Shown here piece after piece: positions 62,653-64,000 of a stretch of DNA of 64,000 nucleotides (positions within the stretch are counted from its first letter, which is position 1; each line of letters opens with the position of its first letter). Source of the stretch: Octopus sinensis (Eukaryota); the NCBI RefSeq assembly GCF_006345805.1, contig NW_021833025.1:124001-188000 (forward strand). The letters run 5' to 3'. A model generated the notes under the pieces. It worked only from the letters and a program-made list of their open reading frames with translations, had not been told where the DNA came from and ran no database searches. The translations under genes and the position numbers were made by a program.

Positions 62653-63926
62653 CAGTGGTTCCCAACCTTAAGGTGCTCGCGGAACCCTTTTGGCTAATTT
62701 ATTTTTTGCGGAACCCTTCCAATTCAATTATTATAATTTCACTTAAAACATAATAGTAATAACCAAAAACAATTTTAATGTGAACATTGAGGTAATTTTT
62801 TATCATAGCATAGTTGTGTAACGTTAGGAGTTATTGTTGACAACTGTATCCTCATATCAGCGGAAGCATTAAGTTTATTTCTATATTTTGTTTTGGTGGA
62901 TGTATATATTGAAAACCTTGGTACAAATCCGGAAATTTTTCCGATCATACATTTAGCTCCATCGCTACAAACATCCACACATTTATTCCAATTTATGTTT
63001 TTTGCAAAAAAATAATTTTTAATAGTGTTACTCTCCAACGATTCGCTCATTAACATGTCTTCTTCAATAATATCGTCAAAAGGGTATCGAACGAAAACCA
63101 ATAAAACTGCCAATCCTTCAACATCAGTAGATTCATCAATTTGAATAGCGAAACCATTCGAATTATTCAAACGAATTAGTAACTGTGTTTCAATATTTTT
63201 CGAAAGTTCCTGAATTCGCCTTGAAATAGTATTATTTGACAAAGGAACAAGATCCAGTTTCTTAGACATTTGTTCGCCATAAATACACTCGATGATTTTT
63301 TTTGAACATGGCTTTATAAGATTTTCGGCAATTGTATGTGCCTCTCCACAACGTGCTACAAGATAACTCACCTGTTTGATTAAAATAATTATATACTTCA
63401 TAAGATGTTCTGGTCGATTTTAAATTGTCGTCTTTCGCAAAATTGGACATTTCCAACTTGCACCTTGTAGATGCATTTAATTTGTTTTGAAAAAAGAAAA
63501 TATCTTTATCCTTTAAATGAGGATTCTTCATCAATAAATGTCTTGATAGTTTGGCAGGAACAAGAGATGTGTTAGGCATTATATGATGGCATATTACACA
63601 TTCTGCCGTATGTGGTAAATCAGATCCATTCTGAGAAAACATATATGAGAGGTAGCTTTCATCATATTTTCTTTTCTAAAATTATAATTATAAAAAAACC
63701 TTTTTTTGAATATTTTTTGGAATCTCTTATGCAATTATTGTTTCTCATTAAAAATCTTATAAAATTAACCAACTAACTCAAAAGAGAAACAAGATATGAG
63801 CGTGGATGTTTAATATATTTTAATAATTAAAAACTATTATTAAATAAATATAATAAATTTCGCGGAACCCCAAAACTGTCTCTGCGGAACCCTGGGGTTC
63901 CGCGGACCCCAGGTTGGGAACCACTG
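62653..63926 (-). mobile_element. hAT transposon (Buster/Charlie, ZBED5/FAM200-like), internally deleted
   Basis: TIRs CAGTGGTTCCCAACCT; perfect 8-bp TSD ATTTAAGG; BED finger CVIC..KLSRH; IQIDESTD; VCSDGA. Confidence 0.94.
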
Positions 63927-64000
63927 ATTTAAGGTATTTGGAGTTTATAGGGATGCCTACAAATTAAAAATAATGAATAGAGTTATAGCACCGGGCAGTT

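Overview
AT-rich eukaryotic nuclear DNA, probably from an animal. Host genes have very short spliceosomal introns (about 19-31 nt). The intron size fits a dicyemid mesozoan or similarly reduced parasite, but this is inference. Recognisable host genes: ATP synthase gamma and COX15 (head-to-head), pyridoxal kinase, an NK-class homeobox gene and an ATP8B-like P4-ATPase, plus several unidentified genes. Roughly half the window is decayed or nested transposons: CRE-like and R4/NeSL-like RLE retrotransposons, APE-RT LINEs, hAT, pogo/Tigger, IS630-like and integrase fragments. Two orphan rDNA fragments are present. Most notable: (1) a decayed, intron-free bacterial dxs-nadK operon piece with Chlamydiae-like motifs at 56.4-57.5 kb; (2) a 28S rRNA fragment fused to the 5' end of a truncated LINE; (3) IS630-like elements with 21-bp subterminal arrays and an ACTAGT target; (4) a CRE-like retrotransposon with an N-terminal PHD finger. 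All calls come from manual reading and translation. No database searches were run, and coordinates of degenerate fragments are approximate.
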